Positions 28,391 through 37,207 are shown, numbered from the stretch's first letter. The stretch is DNA of 46,212 bases from a virus (IMGVR_UViG_3300027863_000056:1-46212), one strand, 5' to 3'. Notes: generated by a model from the letters alone, not told the origin. Numbers and translations are program-made.

Positions 28391-28517
28391 CTAGCACCAC
28401 ATTGAATTCTCTTTTAAGTGTTCGTTTTATCTGCCGGATAGAATGCTTTTCTTAGCGCAATTCAACAATTCGCGCATACATTGCTTTCTTTTTCTTCGGT
28501 GATAATTCGCTAAGCAT
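28374..28517 (-). pseudogene. small HTH-like ORF interrupted by TAA at 28452-28454
   Basis: MLSELSPKKKKAMYARIVELR*EKHSIRQIKRTLKREFNVVLVDELL. Confidence 0.45.
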
Positions 28518-28545
28518 TAGTACTGAATTTACAATTGTAAATATA

Positions 28546-29835
28546 TCAGTTATTTATCACATCTTCAAATCCAATTCGCTTAATTAAATCCTGATGTTCG
28601 GCGTTAATATGGTATCGCAGCGCATCCAGCCAGTGCGACCGTTCCGGATTGTCTTTTTTCCACGAATCCAGACTTTCTTTGTCATCCACAATGGCACTTT
28701 CAATGTCGGCGATCAATTCCACACAATCAGGGTGGATAATTACCTCGGCGAAGTCAAACATTACATTGCACTGCAGGCGGGAATTTCTGTGTTTAGGATT
28801 CGCCTTTGGCACGCGTAATTGATTCCATGATAACCGGAAAAAGTTCTTTATTATCTCGTATGAGCTATTGTGATCTGATTGGTTACGGCTGAAGTGCCCG
28901 GATGCATCCCCATTGATCCAGTAATAATCAGATGGAAATTCTTTGTTTACAATTCCACACACGTACGGCAGCGTTAAGCCTTTTTGGTGGTAAACTTTGC
29001 GTACTTTAAATCCTAAATCGGTCTTTTGAACAACCAGGCATGTTGGATCGTAGTTCAAATCCCACGCAAGATATGTATCCAGTTCTGGATCGAATTCGAA
29101 TTCTTTTACATGTTTATCGCGCGAAAAATTACGAATAAACATTTTTGTCACGTCTTCGATGCCCCAATTTCCAAGTGCCCAGACGTTATAGAGTGCTAAT
29201 CCTTGCGCTCCACGTTCTTTTATTTTAAGAAGCCTATTGTGCAATGCTTCTCGATCAATTAGGTAATTATCCCAAAAAGTGGATTTTATAAGCTTACAAT
29301 TGGGCAGTTTAGAAAATGAATCGCTCTCTTTTTTGAGCCAATGGGTCAAGCTTTGAGGGTTCCAATCCAATATCATGGATATTTCAATTCCTATCTGACC
29401 TCTTATTGTTGTACCGATGTAATCGTAATCATCTAAAGAGAATTGATTGCACTCATTCATCCATGCAATATTTGCCCCCTCAACAGACTTGGCATTTTCT
29501 GCCTGATCCATTCCAAGCCCTCTAAACCAATTGCCGGTATGTTTGTTGATTATTTGAAAGTGATCCTTTACAATTGTAAAGTCATTCGGAAAGTCTTTTA
29601 AGACAATATCCTTCAATATTTTAAAAGTAGATCCTTCAATTTTATTATATTGCTTTCTGCAGTGGATTACGTTGAATTGCTTGGGCAAAAAAGAGTGTCG
29701 AATTAACTTACGGGCAATTTGGTGCGTTTTGCCGCTTTGCCGAGTGCCGTAATGGCCTTCAATTTCGTAAATAGGCTCAATATGCGGCCAATACCATTTT
29801 AACCACCAATTAGCCTTAAATTCAATTTCCCTCAT
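28546..29835 (-). CDS. terL: terminase large subunit (PBSX/Terminase_3-like)
   Basis: Walker A GTRQSGKT, Walker B AWMNE, DWNP, WDLN, HWLDALRY. Confidence 0.92.
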   Translation of the reverse strand: MREIEFKANWWLKWYWPHIEPIYEIEGHYGTRQSGKTHQIARKLIRHSFLPKQFNVIHCRKQYNKIEGSTFKILKDIVLKDFPNDFTIVKDHFQIINKHTGNWFRGLGMDQAENAKSVEGANIAWMNECNQFSLDDYDYIGTTIRGQIGIEISMILDWNPQSLTHWLKKESDSFSKLPNCKLIKSTFWDNYLIDREALHNRLLKIKERGAQGLALYNVWALGNWGIEDVTKMFIRNFSRDKHVKEFEFDPELDTYLAWDLNYDPTCLVVQKTDLGFKVRKVYHQKGLTLPYVCGIVNKEFPSDYYWINGDASGHFSRNQSDHNSSYEIIKNFFRLSWNQLRVPKANPKHRNSRLQCNVMFDFAEVIIHPDCVELIADIESAIVDDKESLDSWKKDNPERSHWLDALRYHINAEHQDLIKRIGFEDVINN

Positions 29836-30284
29836 TCTCCTGGCGGTGGATCAATGCCGGTGAGTATTGTTTTGACACCAGAAACCGCCAGCTCCTGCTT
29901 GTCCGTTAATCCATTTAATCGCTGAGTAATGCTTGGGTTGTACGCACCCAACATGCCCCCAATTATCTGCTGTTCGCGTATCTCTTCTTTTATCGCGCGA
30001 CAGATACCAATAAATTGTGTATAACAATTGTCTTGGTTGGTAAAATACTGTTCTACTTCACCATATTTATCGCGACAAAACCGCTTAAATCCTTCCAGTG
30101 TATATGGCAATACTGGATAATCAACTTTTCTTTCTCCATCCTTGCCCACATACTGAACTTTAGGCCAATTAGTGGCCTGTATTTTCAGATCTTCTTTAAA
30201 TTCCTCCCAGGCTTTCTTTAAAGCCTCAGGCGTTTCAAAGTTCTTTGGTCTGCCTACTTCTTTAGTGTCTTTACCTTTTGCCAT
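29832..30284 (-). CDS. terS: terminase small subunit (P22 gp3-like)
   Basis: GRPK.FETPE.L, PYTLEGF, G.YNPSI.QRLNGL. Confidence 0.88.
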   Translation of the reverse strand: MAKGKDTKEVGRPKNFETPEALKKAWEEFKEDLKIQATNWPKVQYVGKDGERKVDYPVLPYTLEGFKRFCRDKYGEVEQYFTNQDNCYTQFIGICRAIKEEIREQQIIGGMLGAYNPSITQRLNGLTDKQELAVSGVKTILTGIDPPPGE

Positions 30285-30679
30285 CACTTTTTATTTAAAT
30301 ACTCCAAACATGCCTTTCTGAAAATATCTACATTTTCAGTGATAGAATACTTTTCAGGCAAATTGTCTTTATAATATACTCGATCTGAGTCTGAAACAGA
30401 ATAGTGATTATAACCAATTGCAGGCAAGTGTCCACGTTTTATATTGTCGATTGCCCAGTGATTGTTTTCAGTTCTTAGGATTGCGACGCATGATGCCACA
30501 AAATGAACACATCCGAAATTTTCGCCAACTAATGTGGCTTCTTGACTCCATTTGCCTTCAATTATGCGATTATTTGCCGTTCCAGGATTGCCTTCAATAA
30601 TTTTGCCGCACTGTCCATGAAAAGGCAAGTCTGTATCCTGTGAATCGTAATTAATACAATTCTTACAAATGTTTTCCAT
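30284..30679 (-). CDS. hypothetical protein with CxxC...C...FGC motif
   Basis: ORF track plus motif. Confidence 0.65.
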   Translation of the reverse strand: MENICKNCINYDSQDTDLPFHGQCGKIIEGNPGTANNRIIEGKWSQEATLVGENFGCVHFVASCVAILRTENNHWAIDNIKRGHLPAIGYNHYSVSDSDRVYYKDNLPEKYSITENVDIFRKACLEYLNKK

Positions 30680-30729
30680 ATACCCCTAATTTACAATTAT
30701 TTCAACAAAAACTAAAACTTATATAGCGT

Positions 30730-30882
30730 TTATGATATTCTGGTTATGAATTGGTATTTATTAGATTCTGGTCTATAAGCCATCATTTCTGCATAAAATA
30801 TAGTTCCCTTTCTGGATTTAACTTCTCTTAATAATTCGCCAAAGGTTATATACTCTATCCTGTATCTTGGTTTATGTATCAT
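30730..30882 (-). CDS. 50-aa hypothetical protein (not in track)
   Basis: MIHKPRYRIEYITFGELLREVK...FITRIS, translated by hand. Confidence 0.5.
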   Translation of the reverse strand: MIHKPRYRIEYITFGELLREVKSRKGTIFYAEMMAYRPESNKYQFITRIS

Positions 30883-31123
30883 GGATTCGAAATTACCTCA
30901 TTAATATTTTATTCTGCGTTTCTATAATTTTATTCCTTAACTCGTCATAATTACGTCCTGGATGCATATTATTCAATAATACCTTCATTATCATGATCTG
31001 ATTTTCAAGAATTAGTTTTTCTGTTTCGCTCATTTCTCTATATCGTTTATGTTGGCTTTTTTAAGATGCTTTAAAATCAAATCAATTGCCTGGGTTAACT
31101 TCAGTGTTATCCCCTCTATAGGG

Positions 31124-31387
31124 TTAGATGTTTCCATGATCCTGTTTAATTTGATTAGTTCTTAGTTCAATAAGATCATTTATTTTTCCGATTTCGCCAG
31201 CAAACATTTTAGGAATTGTTGTTCTAAGCTCTTTGACTATTCCGTTTTCAATTACCGCACTTACTACCCCATACCGTGCATATATCTCATAATATGCTGT
31301 TTTTAGCTTATTTAAATACATATCATTCAATAAGGCCTCAAATAGGGCTGCTTGTTTTTCTCTATCGTATTGATTGTCGCTTTCCAT
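31124..31387 (-). CDS. hypothetical protein
   Basis: 87-aa ORF in a dense operon. Confidence 0.65.
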   Translation of the reverse strand: MESDNQYDREKQAALFEALLNDMYLNKLKTAYYEIYARYGVVSAVIENGIVKELRTTIPKMFAGEIGKINDLIELRTNQIKQDHGNI

Positions 31388-31554
31388 TATTCTACAATTG
31401 TGTTATAAATAACCACGTACTGCATTTGGCCTAAAATATTATTATATATAGGCGTTACGCTAATGCATTGTTTTCCGATATTTTTCAAAAATGCATTCAC
31501 TAAATCTAAATTAGATTCTCCATATTCTGAAAATTCTTTCACTTGTGTCACCAT
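31387..31554 (-). CDS. 55-aa hypothetical protein (not in track)
   Basis: MVTQVKEFSEYGESNLDLVNAFLKNI...YVVIYNTIVE; TAATG coupling. Confidence 0.6.
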   Translation of the reverse strand: MVTQVKEFSEYGESNLDLVNAFLKNIGKQCISVTPIYNNILGQMQYVVIYNTIVE

Positions 31555-31573
31555 TGCTTTGTTTGTTGATTAC

Positions 31574-31969
31574 TTACTTATTGGTTTCGCCTTGGTTTAT
31601 ATCGTGTACTGAACCGATGATTTCTGAATCAGATATTACCTGAGATAATGGTCGATTGTAATCAACGGAAGATTTAAAGAATACATCCCAGCACCCGTAT
31701 TGATTTGACCATTTAACTGTACCAATGTCACCATTTGAACGTTTTATTTTATCCTGTTCAAATATTTTCCAGCCGTATTTATCCGTTAACCCGGTGAATT
31801 GACCTATTGTTTCAGGAATAACCAAATCCGTTTGAGTCTTATCTGGATTATCAATAATATGACATCTTTCCGCATGGTGATTATAAAAGCTTTTGTAAAA
31901 GCCATACACCCATTCTTTTGTATCTACCCGCATCCCGCGGAATAGATAACGATCTGTTGAATTACTCAT
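31574..31969 (-). CDS. yopX: YopX family protein
   Basis: FRG......WVYG, PETIGQFTGLTDK.G.KIFE.D, EIIGSVHD. Confidence 0.9.
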   Translation of the reverse strand: MSNSTDRYLFRGMRVDTKEWVYGFYKSFYNHHAERCHIIDNPDKTQTDLVIPETIGQFTGLTDKYGWKIFEQDKIKRSNGDIGTVKWSNQYGCWDVFFKSSVDYNRPLSQVISDSEIIGSVHDINQGETNK

Positions 31970-32151
31970 TTTGATTTATTTTTGGGCATCCACGTTTTTA
32001 GCTTTGCATTTCCGTACTTCCGGAAAGCCTCTTTCTTTGAAACAGGAACACGGAAGGTAACGTTAACTGTTTCCTCTCCGTATTTCAAAGGCTTCTGACC
32101 GCCTGCACCTTCTCTTGCGCCTCCTCTATCTGTTTTCCGTTTATTTTCCAT
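31966..32151 (-). CDS. small DNA-binding protein (RGG.R.GAG motif plus RHH-like strand)
   Basis: RGGAREGAG..P.KYGEET..VTFRVP; ATG at 32151. Confidence 0.7.
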   Translation of the reverse strand: MENKRKTDRGGAREGAGGQKPLKYGEETVNVTFRVPVSKKEAFRKYGNAKLKTWMPKNKSK

Positions 32152-32169
32152 ATTAATATTAAAATATTG

Positions 32170-32248
32170 TTGACGGGGCCGGGATCGAACCGGCACTTGG
32201 AAACCTATTTAGGATGCAATACCCCTCCTGCATTATACCCACCCGTCA
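32170..32248 (-). ncRNA. tRNA-like element (acceptor stem and T-arm intact, non-canonical centre)
   Basis: TGACGGG/CCCGTCA stem and GCCGG-TTCGATC-CCGGC. Confidence 0.6.
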
Positions 32249-32262
32249 CTATTAATATTTCA

Positions 32263-32466
32263 TTATGCTTTTTTTATTTCAATATTTTCAGCAATATTCC
32301 ACCCAAGTAGCCAGCTAAAATATCTATTGCTTTGATGATTATATGGATTAAGTGAATATATCTTATTTTTATATTCAGGAATTTCAGAATATTTATGATG
32401 CGCATCTAATCCATATTGAACGGCCGTATTGTCTGCGTCTTCGCCATTAAATAATTTTAAACCCAT
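32263..32466 (-). CDS. RMF-like (Rmf/CrpP fold) small protein
   Basis: A..YG..A...NPY.....R..SWL.GW..A. Confidence 0.5.
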   Translation of the reverse strand: MGLKLFNGEDADNTAVQYGLDAHHKYSEIPEYKNKIYSLNPYNHQSNRYFSWLLGWNIAENIEIKKA

Positions 32467-32478
32467 GACTTATAAATT

Positions 32479-32637
32479 TTAATCAATTTTCTCGTTTTTC
32501 CCTCTATTCCAACTATACCAACTATTTGTATTTTTAATAAATGGATTTTTGGAGTTTTTGCTTGAATTTTTCCCGCGTATAAATGCTTCAAGATTAAATT
32601 CATGAAGCATCCACAATATTGGCTTTTCATTTTTCAT
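32479..32637 (-). CDS. 52-aa RMF-like small protein (not in track)
   Basis: EAFIRGK.......NPF......YSWNRG; ATGA overlap with the upstream gene. Confidence 0.45.
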   Translation of the reverse strand: MKNEKPILWMLHEFNLEAFIRGKNSSKNSKNPFIKNTNSWYSWNRGKNEKID

Positions 32638-32861
32638 ATCGCCATTATTTTTTTAATATCTTCATGCTGGAGCATACATAAAACCTCTCTATAATTTGAT
32701 CTCATTTTATATGATCCGGAAGTTTTTTGACCTTCGATTGTGTATAAAATTTTACCATCAACAATAGAAACGCTTGCGCCTTTTCTTATTGCAACACTGC
32801 TTTTTTTAATAGCCTCATTAAACATTAATGCCTTTAATTCGTTTTTCGTAGTAGTTTTCAT
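32634..32861 (-). CDS. hypothetical protein
   Basis: ATG at 32861 downstream of a promoter-like sequence. Confidence 0.65.
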   Translation of the reverse strand: MKTTTKNELKALMFNEAIKKSSVAIRKGASVSIVDGKILYTIEGQKTSGSYKMRSNYREVLCMLQHEDIKKIMAI

Positions 32862-32890
32862 TTCTGTAAGTGTTTTGCGTTTCTGATGAT

Positions 32891-32922
32891 GTAAAGGTAA
32901 CACTATTTTTGATTAATGCAAT
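32891..32922 (-). promoter_or_regulatory. promoter-like ATTG-N19-TACCTTTAC
   Basis: Variant of the Bacteroidota consensus in an intergenic gap; TATATTTAC also occurs at 21764-21772 and 28537-28545. Confidence 0.5.
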
Positions 32923-32936
32923 ACATTCATCAAAAA

Positions 32937-33293
32937 TTATTTACAAATATTTACCCATATTACAGCCCCTTTAGGATGCGTATATGGTATTGGTTGTTCA
33001 AATCGTTTTGCGTTGCTCAATATCCATGCGTAAGGCCATTTATCGAGTAATGACAGGTCTTCTACTTTGTGCTGACCTAAGAATAATTCAGGATTTTCAA
33101 GGGGATGCTGAAGACATGCCACAATATCAACAGTTCCAACAATTAGCCCGCTTCCGGCTTCGATTACTCCAACTGTCCCACGTTGCTTGGTTATTGTCGA
33201 GCGCATTTCCCATGTTTTAGGGTCTGATAAGTCGAATATTTTATCTGACCAAAACTTCTGAACTATAAAGGCTTTTGCGAATTCAATTTTCAT
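32937..33293 (-). CDS. ASCH domain protein
   Basis: W..KI.....KTWEMRS..T..RG.V..I, IVG.V.I, P.PY.HP.GA.IWV. Confidence 0.88.
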   Translation of the reverse strand: MKIEFAKAFIVQKFWSDKIFDLSDPKTWEMRSTITKQRGTVGVIEAGSGLIVGTVDIVACLQHPLENPELFLGQHKVEDLSLLDKWPYAWILSNAKRFEQPIPYTHPKGAVIWVNICK

Positions 33294-33614
33294 TATTGGC
33301 TACTTAATTAAAGATAAGGGGTAAGCATCTTGAATTGAGCACCTAATCCTGATGTGTCTACTCGCTCTTTTGAAAGAAGATTAAGAGCTTCTTTTATCTT
33401 TGATTTGATGTTATCTTCCATTGTTATGATTGATTTTGTTAAATATTTTTAAGCATTTTTTACAACAATGATCTTCTCTTTCTTCTTCAGGTATATCGTC
33501 AAATTGCTGATTTTCTGAATTTATTACCTTCGATTATTTCTTGTTCTGTCATTTCTTTAACTATCTATTGATTTATTTTACTTTGAAAAGGTAGATGTTA
33601 ACTAACTTTTAAGT

Positions 33615-33878
33615 TCAGGCTGAATAATTAAATTTCTTTAAAATGGCTCTGTTTTCCTTTAGATCGCCTTTTACTTTCTCCCAAAACTCAAATGATTCAG
33701 GAGAAAGACTTTGAATACACATCTCATTTACAAAGTCTAGTGCACACAGCTCTCCTCTGTCTTTTGTCATAAATGTTTGAAAATCTTTTTCAAGTTTTTC
33801 CTGATTTGATACTTCTAAAAACTCATTAGCATCTGATGCAGAGTTGAAGAATTCATTGAGTAAATTAGTTCTTTCCAT
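33615..33878 (-). CDS. hypothetical protein
   Basis: ORF track. Confidence 0.65.
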   Translation of the reverse strand: MERTNLLNEFFNSASDANEFLEVSNQEKLEKDFQTFMTKDRGELCALDFVNEMCIQSLSPESFEFWEKVKGDLKENRAILKKFNYSA

Positions 33879-33891
33879 GATTAGTTATTGT

Positions 33892-34233
33892 TTAGTTGTG
33901 ATCTTGATTAAAATCTGAAGGAATCATTGGTACTACAAAGTGAATGCTATAATGAATACATGTTTCTTCAAATTCTTCATAGCCTTCTAGTCCTGAATAG
34001 CTCATCCCCCTTGTCCCTATTGAGTAATTATTGAACTTTTCAATATATTTTATTTCCACTAAATCCCAAATAAGCTCCGGAGCATACTTTTCTGAATATA
34101 AAACCCATGCAGGAACTCTAGCGCCTTGCATTATTAAATCCCAAAGATTTTTATAATTAGTAGATAGTTGAAACCCTTTTGCCTTAAATTCATATTTAGG
34201 CGCTGGCGGATTGGGTGTTTGTTCTGTGCTCAT
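33892..34233 (-). CDS. hypothetical protein
   Basis: ORF track. Confidence 0.7.
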   Translation of the reverse strand: MSTEQTPNPPAPKYEFKAKGFQLSTNYKNLWDLIMQGARVPAWVLYSEKYAPELIWDLVEIKYIEKFNNYSIGTRGMSYSGLEGYEEFEETCIHYSIHFVVPMIPSDFNQDHN

Positions 34234-34238
34234 TGGAG

Positions 34239-34556
34239 TTAACCAATTAAGAATTCAGTTACATTGCTAATAATTTGAATACCTTCCAACATTTCTGCAC
34301 TTGTTGAATTTACTATTACAGTTGTATGCGGGTGATGATTTTCATTTAAATACTGAATCAATACTTTACAGCTATTCTCAAAATTTACTATTTCTTCAAA
34401 CCATGAATCTACAGGCACAACAAATCCATCATTACCATAAAATGACCTTGTGAACCTGTCATATTTCAAATAGCCTTTATCTGTAAAATATTGAAAGGAT
34501 GCTTCTGGTGTTCTTTCTGAAAGCTTAACCAGCTTATAATTTATTTTCTGTTTCAT
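34239..34556 (-). CDS. hypothetical protein with LNENHHPHTTVIV motif
   Basis: The C-terminal HPH module resembles small phage early proteins. Confidence 0.7.
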   Translation of the reverse strand: MKQKINYKLVKLSERTPEASFQYFTDKGYLKYDRFTRSFYGNDGFVVPVDSWFEEIVNFENSCKVLIQYLNENHHPHTTVIVNSTSAEMLEGIQIISNVTEFLIG

Positions 34557-34734
34557 ACTCTTACTTTTTTATCTCTGTTATCTCTACTGGCACGTAGCGG
34601 TAGCCAAGATTATACATTAACTTCCAGTTATCTGTAAAACCTTTTTTACACATTCGTGCCTCTGGATTTAGTGTATATTTAAGAATGTTTCCTTTCGGAT
34701 CTTTTATTGCGTATGCTTTCATAACTGATTATTT

Positions 34735-34965
34735 TTAAATTTCTGATATTTTTTGTACCCATAAATTAAAGGCATCTGTTAGCGAATCAAGTTCGTCGAT
34801 TGTTGCTTCGTTGCTTTCCTGAATCTTATAAATCCTGTGTCGATTTACCCCTGATTTGTCAGCCAGCCATTGCCTGGGACAATTAAAGTAGTCTATATCA
34901 TATTTCATATAAGTAGGCCAGCCAACTCGGATGTTATATTGAATTGTATTTATTCGCTTTGCCAT
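34735..34965 (-). CDS. HTH-like protein
   Basis: RQWLADKSGVNRHRIYKIQ. Confidence 0.6.
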   Translation of the reverse strand: MAKRINTIQYNIRVGWPTYMKYDIDYFNCPRQWLADKSGVNRHRIYKIQESNEATIDELDSLTDAFNLWVQKISEI

Positions 34966-34967
34966 TT

Positions 34968-35306
34968 TTATAACCTGTTTTCGCTATAACCGTTTTCTTT
35001 CGCCCACTCATCATTGTTTGTAATTTTAACATGATGTTCATGGCATACAGCTAACCATTTTGATACGTCAAGATAAAGCTCGCCTGATCTCCCCTTTTTA
35101 TGGTGGACTTCCGTTGACCTGCAATTGCATCCTTTCACCTCGCAAATCATTTTGTTTTCCAGAAATACTTTCCGAAGCGTTAAGTAAACCCTTTCTTCCT
35201 TTGTTCGCTTCTCCGACTTTTTAGCGATCGGTTTGCGTGGCTTCACATTCGACACTTTTACGTTCGGTTTGAATGCTGATTGAGCTTTTGTGTATGCTTT
35301 TGCCAT
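34968..35306 (-). CDS. HNH-type zinc-binding endonuclease-like protein
   Basis: CEV.GC.....EVHHKKGR...LAVCHEHH. Confidence 0.75.
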   Translation of the reverse strand: MAKAYTKAQSAFKPNVKVSNVKPRKPIAKKSEKRTKEERVYLTLRKVFLENKMICEVKGCNCRSTEVHHKKGRSGELYLDVSKWLAVCHEHHVKITNNDEWAKENGYSENRL

Positions 35307-35308
35307 GG

Positions 35309-35530
35309 TTATTTTAATAATTTTGGTTGTGGTCTTGGCCGTTCTATGTATTCACGCCTACACCAAAATTCCTGTTCTATAATATAATTATTAGGTATAG
35401 GAATGAGTTTCATTAACCTTTGATCGAAATCAACTGCCAAAAGTATACAATCAATCACATTTCCCTTATGATTAAATTCCATTATTTCAAATGGCTTAAA
35501 CTTTGTTTTTAGAAAATATTCATCGGTCAT
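35309..35530 (-). CDS. hypothetical protein
   Basis: ORF track. Confidence 0.65.
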   Translation of the reverse strand: MTDEYFLKTKFKPFEIMEFNHKGNVIDCILLAVDFDQRLMKLIPIPNNYIIEQEFWCRREYIERPRPQPKLLK

Positions 35531-35543
35531 TTCTTTACCAGGT

Positions 35544-35861
35544 TTATAATTTGTCTGTAATTGCTCCGTAATGAATAATTGTAAATTTGTCTAAGTCCGA
35601 AATAGATATGTTTAATTCCTTTGAAACGTGTTGCCAAATTCGCCAACACACAGAAAATCCATCTGGAACTTTCCCGTTTTTATCTACAATATTGAACATG
35701 GCCGACTTATTTTTATCCATCACAAAACAAAGGAATCTATTGTCTGTTATCTCATAGAGTTCAATAGCATAATACATTTCCTTTGGCTTTCTGCCATTAT
35801 TTAAAGCATCAATTAATCTATTAACGCCATCTACAATAGGGCTGAATAAATCTAGTTGCAT
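35544..35861 (-). CDS. hypothetical protein beginning MQLDLF
   Basis: QLDLF matches the beta-clamp binding consensus QL[SD]LF. Confidence 0.65.
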   Translation of the reverse strand: MQLDLFSPIVDGVNRLIDALNNGRKPKEMYYAIELYEITDNRFLCFVMDKNKSAMFNIVDKNGKVPDGFSVCWRIWQHVSKELNISISDLDKFTIIHYGAITDKL

Positions 35862-36176
35862 TTACTTTTTAATTAAATTTATAATTTCACTCTCATGATC
35901 GTAATCAATTTCATACTCTCCTAAATCAGTCCACTCTTCAACCAGCTTCTGACTTAATGTAAGCCATCCAGATTCAGTTATTATTGCCGGTCGACCTTCT
36001 GATAACTTTCCAAATTTGGATAGCTCAAAATGGCTTAAATGCTTTCGTATGATGACCTCATTTCCGATAAACTTTACAGCTTCTTTCGGAAGCTTGGTTT
36101 TGAACACAGAACAGCCGATCATTTTATGACCTTTGCTGTTTGCTCCGCTCTGTTGCTTTATAATGGTTGTTGTCAT
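35862..36176 (-). CDS. hypothetical protein
   Basis: ORF track. Confidence 0.65.
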   Translation of the reverse strand: MTTTIIKQQSGANSKGHKMIGCSVFKTKLPKEAVKFIGNEVIIRKHLSHFELSKFGKLSEGRPAIITESGWLTLSQKLVEEWTDLGEYEIDYDHESEIINLIKK

Positions 36177-36178
36177 TG

Positions 36179-37207
36179 TTAAATACCTTCAATCTTTATT
36201 ACGTCTTCGTTATATTTTAGATTACTACCACCAAGTATTACATTTCCGCAAGTCACCAAGCCGTCTTCTTCATCTATTGACGGTACAAAAACTAATACAT
36301 CAAAACCTTTTGCCTTTAAATCTTCTTCTGGTTTTCGGTAGGGATTCCAGCTATCATAACCTCCGATCGTTTTAATTCCATTATCAACGCATGCTGTATT
36401 GTTGTGTATTGGTGTTATTTTACACATGAACTTTTCTGTGTCAAATAAATTGGCAACTTTATCTGCATCTATAATAAAGTCGGTTGAGAATGCAAAGTTT
36501 AAACAATACTTGCGACTCACTGGATCGGGCATTTTTTCAGCTATCCTTGCAAAGTCCTCTAAATGCAATTGCATTCCTTTATACATTTCTGTACGTTGCG
36601 CCTCATCAGTGCTATTTATTGAAAATTGAAATCCAGCTTGGCCATTATAAACATTGTTTTTAATCTCGCACCACTCAAGTATTCTTTCTTCTAATTTTTT
36701 GAAATTGGCAGGAAGTGAAGTTGTAAGTACAGGATGAATAACCTCAATACTTAAGCCTGTATCTGCTTTTATTTCTCGCTTATTGGCAATCATCCATCTG
36801 CTGAATTTGAATACATTTTCATTAAAAATAGGATCGCCCATTCTTGCATAATGTAGATTCAACCTTTCGGTGTATTTAGTTTTTGGGAAAAGACTAATTG
36901 CATTATATAGCTGAAGTTTTAAATCTTCAAAGGTTGCATTTCCATTAAATTTAATATTTGGAACATCACAAAATGTACACTTCATTGGGCATCCGTATTG
37001 TGTGCTGACAGTTATAACCCACTTTTCGGAAAGTGGCATACAATGGCAGTTAGGAACACCTTCTATTTCTTTTGTATATCCCAAGAAATCAGCTTTCACA
37101 TTTTTAGATTTTCCATAATCTCCAATGCTTAATGTTTCAAGTTCTCCACGAGAACATTCTGTAGTAAATAAATAGCCTGTGGGTATTGTATTTTTTTGCT
37201 TTATCAT
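36179..37207 (-). CDS. RlmN/Cfr-like radical SAM enzyme
   Basis: VSTQYGCPMKCTFC (CxxxCxxC), MGDP, SIN...R, C-terminal TCGN. Confidence 0.85.
   Translation of the reverse strand: MIKQKNTIPTGYLFTTECSRGELETLSIGDYGKSKNVKADFLGYTKEIEGVPNCHCMPLSEKWVITVSTQYGCPMKCTFCDVPNIKFNGNATFEDLKLQLYNAISLFPKTKYTERLNLHYARMGDPIFNENVFKFSRWMIANKREIKADTGLSIEVIHPVLTTSLPANFKKLEERILEWCEIKNNVYNGQAGFQFSINSTDEAQRTEMYKGMQLHLEDFARIAEKMPDPVSRKYCLNFAFSTDFIIDADKVANLFDTEKFMCKITPIHNNTACVDNGIKTIGGYDSWNPYRKPEEDLKAKGFDVLVFVPSIDEEDGLVTCGNVILGGSNLKYNEDVIKIEGI

Noticed and set aside
28388-28402. ATG TGG TGC TAG upstream of the TTG start as a further readthrough case
   Set aside because: Only three codons, overlapping another ORF; chance is likely
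32170-32248. Amber suppressor tRNA (CTA in TCCTAAA)
   Set aside because: The flanks TTGCA and TAGGT do not pair into an anticodon stem
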